Translations under genes and position numbers: made by a program
The notes under the pieces: generated by a model
What the model was told of the DNA's origin: nothing
Database searches by the model: none
The model's input: only the letters and a program-made list of their open reading frames with translations
Source of the DNA: Octopus vulgaris
Lineage: Eukaryota
Reading direction: 5' to 3'
Length of the DNA stretch: 64,000 bases
NCBI GenBank assembly: GCA_951406725.2
Contig: OX597835.1
Coordinates: 1,054,001-1,118,000 of the forward strand
In this document: positions 29,501 through 43,245 of the stretch, in pieces
Layout of the letters: every line of letters begins with the position of its first letter
Numbering within the stretch: position 1 is the first letter of the stretch

Positions 29501-32500
29501 ACAGTGGAATCAAAGGAAGACTAGCAGAGAACTTAAAGCTTTGTATATTAAAGATGCACTGGGGTAGTATGTATTATGAACATACCAGAAATAGATGATT
29601 TTGAATTCTAGGATGGCTCACTAGAAATATGCTGTGTCTAGAGGGAGTCATATTGTCCTAATGCCTTATTACCTAACACACTCACCGGTTCAACTTCCAC
29701 TCATTTATTATTTATATTTTTTCTTCCAAAATTTTTGTTGCTTTTGCAACTTTGTCAATGGATGTTGACTCTGTCCGTTATTGGAGCTGCATTCTTTTTT
29801 TGACTGTTTGTGTACATGTGTGTTCTGCATATTCATGTTTGTGTGTTTGTGTGAGTGTGTGAGTGTGAACCACTGGCCCCTTGTGTATGCATGTTCGAGT
29901 GTGTTTATGTGTGTGGGTTTGTGTGACTCTGTACATACGTCTGTTATGTATGGATGTGTCTCCATGTGTCTCTGTGTCTATGGTCATCTTTTTGTGTGTG
30001 TGTACTTGTCTATCTACTTACCTATGTATCCATCTGTTTACCTACCTATATATTTGTATATAATTACCCAGTAATATCCAGAAAAGTAGGGGTTATTTCC
30101 AATTCCTGTTCCCATTACACTGTTTCGTGTCTGATACCATTCCCTGTTCAGTTCCCATTCCTATTCCAGATCTTATGTCAATATATGAATTTTAGAATCC
30201 GTTCGGTGTAATTAAGCCATTAAATATTTTATTAACCTTTATGGTAATAGTTTATTGCTAAAAATAGGTGTTACAAACTATTAATAAAGTGGGCGAAGAA
30301 GGAATGACCCTATATTATTTTAACAAACGAATTTGCAGCTGAGTAAAATCAATTAGACAAAGAGATAGATTTACAAATACATCGACAAATAGTCCGCATA
30401 TTGCAGCTGGTGATGTCACATGTTGTAGCTGATGTGTAAACATGTGCTACAGCCCCGATCCCTAGGGGATCCATTATAGATTTTTATTGAAATCCAATTT
30501 GCTTATAATTCAACTGGATGTTAGGAACAAATAAATAACAAAATCGGATTTAATGTGGAAAATTATTTCAATAAACCAAATTTGAAACATATTGATATAA
30601 TTTTAAAATCTCACAATATGTGACAGCAACAAGGAAGACCCTACAAAAGTAGAGAGACAGACAGTTATAGGACGTGACACACAGACACACAAATTTACAG
30701 ATGTGCACACAGGTAATTATGAATTTAAAATGGTGTATAGTAGACATGTAGGCGCAGGAGTGGCTGTGTGGTAAGTAGCTTGCTTACCAACCACATGGTT
30801 CTGGGTTCAGTCCCACTGCGTGGCACCTTAGGCAAGTGTCTTCTACTATAGCCTCGGGAGTTAGGCATGGCATCCAACCATAGAAACCATACCAAAGCAG
30901 GCACTAGTGCATAATGCAGTCCTTTAAACCATCCAATGCCTGCCAGCACAGAACGCAGACATTGATGATGACATATATATCAGTGTAATAACTGTACTAA
31001 CCTTTACGATCCCCACGTGCCAAATTGCCAAAAGCTTCTCTCACTGAAGGTGTGATTCCAACCAAGATGGTCAAAGTGATGAGATCAGTTATTGCCAAAA
31101 CATACCGCTCCTAAGAAAAAAAATTATATATGTATATATATGAGGTACTTTTGGTGAAGCATTTAAAGAGATTTGTGTATGGCTGGAACAATGCAAGAAT
31201 TACAAGGTAAACTACAAAAGGAAAAGAAAGAAACATGATATAGTGATCAGGGCTCTGTGGTAAGTAGCTTGCTTACCAACAACATGGTTCCGGGTTCAGT
31301 CCCACTGCGTGGCACCTTGGGCAAGTGTCTTCAACTATAGCCTCGGGCCGACCAAAGCCTTGTGAGTGGATTTGGTAGTCAGAAACTGAAAGAAGTCCCT
31401 CGTATGTGTGTGTGTGTGTGTATGTATATATGTATGTATATGTTTGTGTGTCTGTGTTTATCCCCCCCAACCAATGCTGGTGTGTTTACGTCCCTGTAAC
31501 TCAGCGGTTCGGCAAAAGAGATCGATAGAGTAAGTAACAGGCTTACAAAAAATAAGTCCTGGGGTTGATTTGCTCGACTAAAGGCGTTGCTCCAGCATGG
31601 CCACAGTCAAATGACAAACAATTAAAAGAGTAGATATATGTGCTGAACATTAGCTCCCTCCCTCCCTCACATCAACATTACCTGGACAGGTGCACAGTGT
31701 ACCCCAGGTCAGGTGTCAAAGTGATCACAGAGCAATGTGAAATGAAATATTTTGTTCAAGGACACAACGCCCCACCAGGAATTGAAACCCTGATATCTCA
31801 GTTGGCACTGCAACACCCTAACCATCATATATACAGGGTGTCCCAAAAATAAGGCAGCCAAAGTTTTGGGCTTTAATAACTATTAATAAATGTGATAAGA
31901 TATGAAAATTATTGAGCTTCAATTCTGCGATGCCACATGTGGATGCCACATGTGAGGCATTTGCAGCTGGAGTTAAATCTGTGATTTGAAACAGAGGCAG
32001 TCGTATCAAATAAATGTGGTAGTGTGATAATTGGGTTGCTTTTACCAATGCTCAGACCTCAAATATAACAATATTTTGCTTTGGCTAATTGGAAAAAGGT
32101 GGTTGCCTTAATTTTGGGTGGGTAAGTAAAGAGAGAGAGAGAGTTTTAATTAAAAGTTTATTACAAGTTTTATTCAGTTGCTACACCTTATTCTCCCCAT
32201 TCTGAAGTTCCATGCCTCCCACAAAATATCCTCCCTCACACTAGTGGAGCATATACCCTTGTTTGAGAAACACTGCAGAGTAGACGGAGACTGTACAGAA
32301 GCCCATCACATACAAGTACATCTGAGTAAAGTGATGCATACAAGGGAGTTAACTACCTAAGAGACATAACTCTGAGTATTGGGTTGTCCGGAAAGTTCGT
32401 GCCGATTTATAGCAGCTTACCTTCAAACTTATTTTAGAACATGGTTGAGTCCATAAAACAGGATTTGACTACACCTCCATTTAGAGCGCAGTTTAAGCTA

Positions 32501-35500
32501 TCTTTTCGCGGAAGAAGGTTTATGTTCCTACAACCTGTGCTAATTTTGTAACCCTTTAAAATGGAAGATAAAAAGTTCATTTTCGGCACCTGATGCTTTG
32601 GGAACCAGACAAAAATTGCTGCAGTTTGGCTGGGATGTGTTACCTGACCCTCCATATTCACCAGATATTGCTCCTTCGGATTTCCACTTATTCAGGTCTC
32701 TGTAGAATAGTCTTAATGGTAAAAATTTCAATTCCTTGGATGACGTAAAAAGATACCTTGATAAATTCTTTGCCATGAAACCACCTCAATTCTGGGAAGA
32801 GGGTATTTTCAAGTTAAAGGAAAGATGGAGACGCATTGTGCAACAAAACGGTTCATATTTGGTTGATTAAAAAGGTAATGGCAAGTATTTATTGACCTTT
32901 TTCTTTCCTTTAAAAATCGGCACAAACTTTCCGGACAACCTCATAGTTCATAAAATGAACAGTAGACCAAGAACAGCGGTTAACATAATCAATGAATACC
33001 ATTGAAGGTAGTGCCATACATGACTTGTGTTTAAATATTGAAACCAATAAGAGAATAATGGAATAAAAGAATACTCACTTTAAATGCTTGATCCATTTCA
33101 AGAAATTTAGTCTCAGTCCGTTTTTGCATCAGACCCAAACAGAAAGCCACAAAGTTCAAATCATGCCTCAATGAACGAACGATTTCCCTAAATAGAGCCC
33201 TTAATGCTCTTAGGTAGTCTTCTTTATTAACCAAAAGGTCCTGGAAGATTTCAGCAAGGATCTGGTAGGTGAGATATGCAAAAGACGTTAGGAATATTAG
33301 AGGAGGAGGAGAAAAAAGAAACAGTGGTATTGGTAATAAAGATGATGATGATGATACTGGTGTTGCTAATGGAAATTGTGGTGATGATGTTGGCTAGGGT
33401 GTTGCTAATGGAAATTGTGGTGATGATGTTGGCTAGGGTGATGCTAATGGAAATTGTGGTGATGATGTTGGCTAGGGTGATGCTAATGGAAATTGTGGTG
33501 ATGATGTTGGCTAGGGTGTTGCTAATGGAAATTGTGGTGATGATGTTGGCTAGGGTGTTGCTAATGGAAATTGTGGTGATGATGTTGGCTAGGGTGATGC
33601 TAATATTGACCACAGTGGTGACAGTAATGGTGCTGTTGGCTATGATGGTAATGGTGATGGTAGTGATGGTGATGGTGGTGATCACGAAGAAGATAATAGT
33701 AAAGGCCATGGATGAGTTGGGTGTTCAGCTGAGGTCAAACTTGATCAGGCAAACACATCCCATCTTTCTACAGATCAGGGACTATTGTTGTTCTTTTGGA
33801 AGTAATTACAGGTGTCGTTTAATGTAGGTATGGCAACTATTTGATTCAGGCTAAGCAAATGCAGAAACTCCTGTTGGCAGCGTTAGCAATGATGATGATG
33901 ATGATGATGATGTTAAAATCAGCCCTGACTGAGCAGACAGAGTCTTGGGTATTGCAACCTTATTTCACCCCCCCCCCCCTACCTCAGACACAATGCAACC
34001 AGCATGGAATACAGACTGATGATGATGATGATACTTACTCTAGCAGATGTTTCTGGAGAACTTTGACAAATGACACCAAGTAAAGCCATGTTGTTAGGGT
34101 TACGAGCACTGGACAACTCATTGTAGATGGTCTGCGTTAATATCATTCGTAAATTTTCAGAGTTTTGTGAAAGAAGTTCTCTGTAATTATATTTTAAAAA
34201 AAAAATTATAATAATTGTTTCAAACATTGGCACAGAATTAGGGAGTGATTACAGTCAGGTAAATTAACCCCAGTGTATTTTATCCCTATGTTACAGGTCT
34301 GTAGTTCCACCTCCTCCTTTCTCAAGTAGGGTGTCCCTAAAATTCCGACCATTTAAAGGATCTTTAAGCTTCCAAATCCTTCTTTCCCAGATTGGTCTGT
34401 TTCTTGGAATCGTTCTTGCCTGAAGTCTTAAGTCACTAATAACTCATCTATGCTGGGGAATACATTATTCACCAGAGATCTTTGCATTGAAGTGCAACCA
34501 TGTATCAGCACATCACTGTTTCCATCATTTGTTGGTGGTTCCCTACTTCTGGCAGATGATACCTTGGCACCACTCTAGCAGCAACCCTCCAATTCATGGC
34601 TCTGTTCGGGTAGTTATTGCTGGTGAAGGTTTAACGAGGTCAGAGTGCAAATCCTATCTCAACTTCCTTTAGTCAGCTTTTATGACACAGAGGTATCATT
34701 GGATCTATTCTTTGACATGCCAATCCCCACACAGCACTAGAGCAACATGAAATGGAATGCTTTATTCAAGAACACAACACACCACCCCAGTCCAGGAATC
34801 AAACCCATGATCTGGCTGAATCATGAGTGCAACACTAACCACTAGTCTACACATTTTATCCACTCAGACATGTAATGGGTAACGGACTGAATTAAGCACA
34901 AATTTTTAAAAAAATTGAAATAAATTATTTTCATTTTTGCCACAGAAATTCTCATAAATCAGAAGCTCAAAAAGTGAGGACTTCTCCAGAAATTGTTTTA
35001 GATTTTACCAAATTCCTTTAAAATCATAAAATTAAAAAGAATTGAAAAACACTGGCAACTGGAGCCTCTACTTGGTCTCTCAACTTGTAAATAGCAGTCA
35101 AGTCTCCCTCAAACCATACCCAAAGGGCCTGTTGGATAATGTGTTCTTGGGTTTCCTTCATGTAGGAAAAAAGGCAAGTCATGGATGGAATATCTCTGAA
35201 AGGTCTATAAGTGGGCTCAATCAGAAGTGTCTTAGGGATGTGCCACAAGAACTCATAACAGATATAATCAGGGAATGAGTTAATGAAAAGAAAAAGGAAA
35301 GAAAGAAAAAAAAAACTCTTACCGCAGACTTGAAAGGTAATGGTTAATTAGAGGTTTAGTTTTCAGTCGAATTTTTGTTAGTTGAACAATGGTCTCCACA
35401 TCCATGGAAGAGGATTGGTCACAATTAAGGCAGACAGAAAGCAGAAGGTCTTGAGCCGATCGAGACAACTGTAATGCGAGAGAGAAAGAGTAGAAATAGC

Positions 35501-38500
35501 TTTTAGTCATATTTCACAAAGGATGACAGATTAATTTACAAACTGTTTAAGTTTAGCAAAACCTTTTGGATTCCATCAAGAGTTATGTTAAAACTCTTGA
35601 TGGAATCCCATCTCTTGTCTCCTGGGGCTTTGTTTTGTCTTTTTCACAGGAACAACAAACCAGATGTGACAACTCTCATAACAGAAAGCTGTTGCCATAT
35701 TTCTTTTTACCATACCAGCCACCCTGAAGAGTGCTGTCTTAGATAATCATCTGATTATTAAATATACTGATTGGTAAGATCAGTTGAAATGGATCTAGAA
35801 TATTATATAGGAAGGGCATCCAGCCGTAGAAACATTGCCAGATCAGACTGGACCTGGTGCAGCCTTCTGGCTTCTCAGACCCCAGTTGCACCGTCCAACC
35901 CATGCCAGCATGGAAAGCGGACGCTAAACGATGATGATAGCCTCTTCCAGCAATCAGCACTTCTTTATACATCTGACCTCATCCATCCACGTGACGATAC
36001 CAGTACACTCTTGCCTGCACACCACATAACATGCTTCTTATATCCAATTTTTATCAACATATTTGTGCTTTGTCATGTATGCATGCTGACATTTTAATCT
36101 AGCAAAGCAGGCTAGTTTCATTTCTTTCCAGTCTTTGCATTCACAACCCCAGTTTCACTACCATGTAGCATTGCTGTTCAAACATAGGCATTGTACAATC
36201 TGACTTTCACTATTAGAGGCCTTTTGATACTAACAGTGGTAACAGTTCCCTGAGCATTCTCCAACCAGTCCTTAGTCTAGCAAATATAAGTTCAGTGCAC
36301 CCCAACCACCCACTGCTAATTACATCACCTACTCAACAGAGCTACTTCTCAAGTGTTTTAAATTGCACCTATGCCTCCACCAAAAAGCCTACTTTCACCA
36401 TTAATCTTTCTCCGATTCCCCTGCACCTCTTATGTGTCCATAGTTTGCACTGAGTATAACATATGGAATTTCTACCAAATTGCGGTTTCAATTCCCAGAC
36501 TGGGCGTTGTGTGCGTTTATTGAGCAAAAACACCTAAAAGCTCCATGAGGCTCCGGTAGGGTGGGTGGGTGGCGACCCCTGTTGTACTCTTTTGCCTCAA
36601 CTTTCTCTCACTCTTTCTTCCTGTTTCTTGAGTAATGCTGCGCCCCGGCCAGCTGAGGGGGGGGGGAACATATGCCACAGAAACCGGGCCCATGAGCCTG
36701 GCTAGGCTTGAAAAGGGTGCAAAGAACAGCAAGTTATCCTCAAACTAGGGACCTGGTCTTTAATACTTGCTCTGAAGTGTCGGGTGGGGGTGTTCAGCTA
36801 GCTGAGGGAGTAAGTGAAAATTCACACAACCAACCTTTGGATTTTGTAACCACATTTCTAGACGCTGTGCTGCAGTAAGACGGATCTCCCCAGAACCACA
36901 AGTGACTGTCATCAGCCGGATTAAGTTGCGTGTTGAACCATCCATTGGCTGACGTTTGTTCAGTTGTTCTCTCACAATTTCAAGGACATCTGATTCTATC
37001 ATCTCTTGCTGATAAACGTATCTAAGGTAAAAAGCAAAGAAGTTAGAAAATTGAAAGGAAAAAAACTATATCCCAGGGGAACTAATCACAGTCTGCATCA
37101 ACGAAAAATTTGAACATGTTTGTATGTGATGGGCAGACAAGAGTTTTAAGATAAGCCTTTCATCAAAGACAGATTAGCTGGAATTTTCTCTCCAAACAAA
37201 AGATTAGCTGGAATTTTCAATGCTCACATTCTGTCTCAGCATATAAACTTAACCAAATTTGAAAACTTTGTAAATATCTATGAGAATATCTTCATCTGTA
37301 CTACTCATGAGTAATTGACAGATAATTTGCCATTTAATGAAAAGAATACACAAAATGTAGAAATATAACTGCATTTTTAAAATATCTGAGACGTCTTGCA
37401 TTCAAACTTCACAAACAACCCTAAACAGAGATGAAACCTTGACATTAGAGTCTAAATTGAAAATAGAATGCACACAAATGAACACCATGACAAGATCAAA
37501 GATCAAGATGAAAATCACACACATCAATAGCCTTAATAAGGTTAAATACTACCAGAACAAGGTCAAAGTTACACACATAAGGTCAAAGTTTAATGTCTTA
37601 CTAAAATCGAAACCAATCATATTTCTCACCTGGGAGTTATTGGAGAGTTATCAGCATCCCAGAAGCCAGATTTGAAGCTGTCACTATCAATGCTTTTGTC
37701 TTCTTCTTCACACACACTCAATGATGGACTTGCTGAGGAGGGGGGAAACATATTAATAGATTGCTTAATTATTAATTTACATTTGTTTCATGACAATTTA
37801 TGGTATTGTGCTGTTGTTTCTGACGAAAAATTGCATCAGATTTATTCTGCATTATTTTACTTTTAAAATTAAGAAATACAAGGAAATACAAAATAAAAAA
37901 AAAAACAGAATTAAAGGGGAAATTATGAAACATTAAAAACAATGCTTAAATGCCTTAGGTAAGAACAAGATTACAACTTTGTGTGACCATCACTGATATA
38001 AAAGTGCTGTAGCATGGTCTTAAACCTGATAGCTAAAATAAAGCGAAGAACTAATTAACTTCACTTTTACTGAGGAGAAATACTTCAATATTTAAATTAA
38101 CACTACATATTGATCTGTTTGATCTTCCTTCATTGTCAAATGAGTGATTTAATCTGTCACCCGGTTTAACACCACCATCAGGTCCTTGGGTGCAAGCATT
38201 TGAAAATACCTTTCTCTCCTCAACAAGATTTACAGGCCCTGAGGCAGGACTGTGGGCACTGCCCTTCCTCCTGTTAAAGTTGAAGAAAAAGTTTTAAATT
38301 CTTAAATGCTTCAAACAAGATTCTTAGATGTTACAGACAAGACTCAAACAAGGAACCAAGTATATAATAACAATCCAAGGATTGTGATTATTACTACTGC
38401 ATACATATATATATATATAAAATATATATATATATACACACACGACAGGTTTCTTTCAGTTTCTGTCTCCTAAATGCACTCACACAGCTGTGGTTAGCCG

Positions 38501-41500
38501 AGACCTACAGAAGATGCTTGGCCAAGGTGCCACTCAATGGTACTCCAGAACCATGTGGTTGGGAAGCAAACTTCATACCACTCAGCCATACCTGACCATT
38601 CTAAAGTCCCCCAAAATTAATCATTTTTTTTTATCTTTGATGCTTTCTACGAAGTCAACTTGATATTTTTTTTTTTGTTTGTAAAGTAACTTACAACTTC
38701 CAGATTGTTCTCCAGATTTTGAACCTTCAATGTTTGACAATAATCTGTTTTTTGTGGGAGTCTTTGTGTTAAACGCTGTGAGTATATTATCAACAAATAT
38801 TTTGCACTCTTCTCTGTCCACCCAGTTATGTTCACCGAGGGAGTCTTCCACATAAACCTGAACAGGGAGAAAAAAAAATAAAAATAAATTTAGTGAAAAA
38901 TGAGTAAATCTGAGAAGTTAAGATTTTCTTTTAAAGATTTTTTTTTTTTCCGTTTTTGATAAAATGCTATTTGAGTAGTATAGTCTGAGCATTTAGAAAA
39001 TTTGATGTGCCTCAACTGGTATAGATAAACCACTATTTTATTTAGAGAGAAAAACAAAGCATGGAAAAAAATAGAAGTTATGATTTTCAGACAGAAGGAT
39101 TTCATTTTTGACACTGTTTGTGAAGGGTCAAAATGAAACTAACTAGGCACATGATAGCCTCTATCTGTACCCTTGACTTGCTAGAAATAGCAATCAAATC
39201 TTCTTCAAATCACACCCTAACATTTTAAAAAATGAAGGACTCATTCGGCAATGAAGTCGTAGACATGAAAATACTAAATGACCACAGCTGAGTGTCTTTG
39301 ATCCTAAGTCTGCATGGCCAGGACTCAGCAACAACAATAACTGATTGGCAATTGACATCGTGAGTCTAGACATTCATCACTAAAGCTTGATAAAACAGTA
39401 GTGAAATGCAGCTGACCAATGTCAGCTATTTTCTGCCAATGTCCCGGTCAACAATAATTTGGTGTATTCGTCTGGACATAGTGAGGTGAAAAATCAATGC
39501 TACAGAATGAACCATTGAGGCTTTAGCCGGAAGGCCGACACATCATCATCATTGGTCAAAGGTTAGCATATCATAAACTCATCAAGTTATATCACTACCA
39601 TTATAGGAGTGGTCTTCACCTCACCAAACTGTATGTCATCAATGTTGTGGGAGGTCAGTACTTCACTGACCCACCCAGCAGCAGCAGTCACCACCGCCAC
39701 CACCAAACAGTTGTTTCAAGACAATTTAGTTGATTATATTGACACCAGTGCTTTGTTAAGATTTTATAAACCATCAGAGGTTTACGAAGGCAAAGCTGAC
39801 CTGAGTGGAACTGAAATTCAGAATACAGAGAGACATTACCAAATTTTAGAAGATATCTTCTCAGAAGCTCTCTACCAATGCTGCCACCATTATACTATCT
39901 GCTTTTCCATGCTGGGATGGATAGATAAGTGTGCAATACAACATATTGTCACCCCTCTCGACTGAGCTACCAACAAGGGAGACATGACATGCTAGAAATA
40001 GCAGCTAAATCTCCTCTAAAAATTACAGCTTAACATCTTTAAAAAAAAAGGGATACTGGGGTAACATAATTCAAGGTATACTACAGCTGAAAAGAAATTG
40101 AGATAACCATGGCTGGAATAGATTTTGAGCACCAGTCCATTTGGTCAGGGAATAACAAAAGGACTAAACAACAATAATTCCTTTTCCTCTCAATTTTGTA
40201 GAATCTTATCTGGATAATCCAACATCCTCAGTGATTTGACCCAACCACTGCCATAAGTTATTTTATCACCCAATAAGTTAAAAAGACTGCCAAAAAATAA
40301 ATGTTCACAGTCGGAATGTCGGGCCCACTTTACCTTGACAAAATCATCTGGCCAGTTGTCATCTTCGCTGTAAGCTGCCATCAAAATATTACATGCAAGA
40401 ACTGAAACCAACGGATTGCCTTTTGCTTTGAAATTGATGGACACATCACGCTTTAACAAACTGCAGAAAGCCTGAAGATATAAATAAATACAAAAATGAA
40501 CGTGTAATTTTTCTTTGGGTGTTTTTTTTCTTTGTTTTTGAAGAAAAAAATTGAAGAGAAAAATACAGAAGACTTTCAACTAAATTCCATCATTCTGTTA
40601 ACTCACCTCTGTCACAAGTTCACTGAGAAAGATACTTGGTTTTGCTCTGACCAGGAATATTAAGCTGAGGTAGAGGCATGGATCTGGTTTGGATCGGTTA
40701 GCACGGAGAGATTTAACTGCACCACAGAGTAGTCCATCCACCCTCTCCATATCACTATCAAAAGCATCTTGAACTTCTGTGAGAAAGTCAGCAGCATCCA
40801 CTGAAACCAAAGATGAATGATAAAAAGAATTAAATTAGGCCAAAAGGTTGGTCATAACTACTGCTTGTCACCATCAGCGTCTTCATCGTTTTCTACAGAA
40901 ATTTTCAGCTCACAGCTAGCATCACCATACAGGAGCCTCTATATAGGCACTCAACATACTAGAAACAACAACTAAATCTCCCTCAGCACAAACTTTACTA
41001 TCTATATCTATAAAATTCACTGTGTGTGTGTGAGTGTTTCTTCTATGCATGGCCAAACTGCTGGATCAATCTGTACCAAATTTGGCATGAAGGTTTTTCA
41101 TTACATGACAACACACGTCTTCAATCACTCTCTCTCTCTCACATACACACACCCGTACAAAAAAAGATGTAGGTATATGTATTTATGTATGTACATGTAT
41201 ATGAAAGATAGTGTGTGAGAGAGAGAGTGTATGCCACTTACACATACATGCAATAAATATACATGACAACACACTTCCATTTCATATACATAAACATACA
41301 TCTTTCACATCAAAGCAAATGTCGCCTTCCAAACAGCGTAAAGAAATAAAATACTTTTACGGAAATTCACGAACAATCATATGATCCCATATGATCGAGT
41401 TTGGCAACTTACACTGTTTGTGACAAAAGAATACCCCCTCCATAAAGGTCTAAAGGTCGTACATGTACATATTAGACATTGGAAAGGGTTACAGGCGATA

Positions 41501-43204
41501 TCACGCACCCTACACGAGCCAAGCTAACTTAATTTCTCTTGCAAAAGAGAGGGTGGCATTTTCCTCTCTTTTTCAACATTTAATTACAAGAGAGAATATG
41601 GTGTTACCAAAAATGTTAAAACTTTACTGACTTCATCGATCTGTCACTGAACCAGGATTTTAATTTCATTTGATACACACTTTCCTATCATTTGTATGGA
41701 TAATTGCAACAGCAACACATGTTACCCCGTGGTGGGATGGTACCAAGTGTCAATGATCTCAAAATGCATGTTTCAAAACATTGCACAAAACTTTAGCAAC
41801 AGTCAACTGCTCCATGAGAGAGCCATCTTAGCTCCATGTAATGATGCTGTCAACAAAATCAGTTGGGATCTCTTGCAGCTGTTGACAGGACAAAGAACAG
41901 AATTTCAAATCCATCAACATTGTCATTGAGCAGGACCAAGCTGTAGCTTTTCCAACTGAGTTCCTGAACTCTTTACAGCCATCTGGGATGCCACCACACA
42001 ACACTTAAAAAGGGGGGCCCCAATCATGCTGCTCAGGAACTTGGATCCACCTTGTCTGTGCAATGGCACCAGACTGGTGGCGAAAGCAATGCAACCCCAT
42101 ATCCTAGAAACAGCAATTATCACCGGAAAATCTAAGGGTGAGGATGTCTTCATTCCACGGATCCCGTTAATCCCATCTGACCTCCCCTTTGAATTTAAAC
42201 AGCTCCAGTTCCCAATGAAACTAAGTTTTGCTATGTTGATAAACAAATCTCAAGGTTGTTGGACTTAACCTTGTTTCTCCTTGCTTCTCTCATGGGCAAT
42301 TATATGTAGGATATTCACGAGTTGGAAGTCCCAAAACACTTTTTAGTTGGACCCCAATTACAGGACACACTGAAAACATTGTATATTTAGAAGTTCTACA
42401 AAACTAAACTGTGATTTCAGGATTTGTTTTAATAACTGTTTCTACCCATGTCATCTGATAGAATTTATTCTGAAAATATATTTTTTGATCAGAATAAATA
42501 TATTTATTTCATTTAACATTCTTTCAACTTCTGAGCAATGCATGGAAGATGGACGTTAAACAACGCTGATGATGACAATGAAAGAGGAAAAGGAAATGTC
42601 TAAAAGGTACTGACCTTCAATGGCAGATTCTTCATATAATGGCACTTGGACAATGGAAGAAGTTTTTTTATCCAAATCTGAAGGGCGTCCAAGAGGTGTG
42701 AAAGTAGCACCAAGGAGTTTTGGTTTTTTAGCCAGGCTAACTGGCACCGCTGGACCAGGTTCACGCTTCCGGTCTGGATTTGACAAGCTTGATTTCTTTC
42801 CAGCACTGCTGGAACACACCCTGAGCTCAGTTTCCGATGAAGACTTGCTCTGCTTACCTAAAGCTATGAAATCTCCTGGTGGAGGGAGGGCTGCAAATAG
42901 ATAAATAAAATGTTTGTCATTTAATAAACAATGATATTTTGTAAAAGAATGTCATATATATATATAATATATGGTTTTCAATGTCTGTGTATGCAACATA
43001 ACCTGTATTATTGTGATCACCTTGGGAAAGAATTTTTCTTAGATAACACTAATTGGCTGATAACATGCAGAAAATATAGTAATATACAGAACTTAAGCAT
43101 TTCCCACATCTCTTCTCTCTACCTACCCCTTACCCCAAGAACCATTCTTCCTCAATACATATTACTTTTTAGCACCCCCTCATGCATGCATTCATATATG
43201 TATG

Positions 43205-43245
<41 letters not shown>

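Noticed and set aside
33251-33827. 152-aa and 183-aa ORFs on opposite strands with 13-aa repeats
   Set aside because: By-product of a stop-free 39-bp minisatellite inside an INTS1 intron; the units lack unique spacers, so not CRISPR either.
39322-39382. Second GTGATGA...CTGA pair on minus strand
   Set aside because: Short and lacks a terminal stem; consistent with chance.
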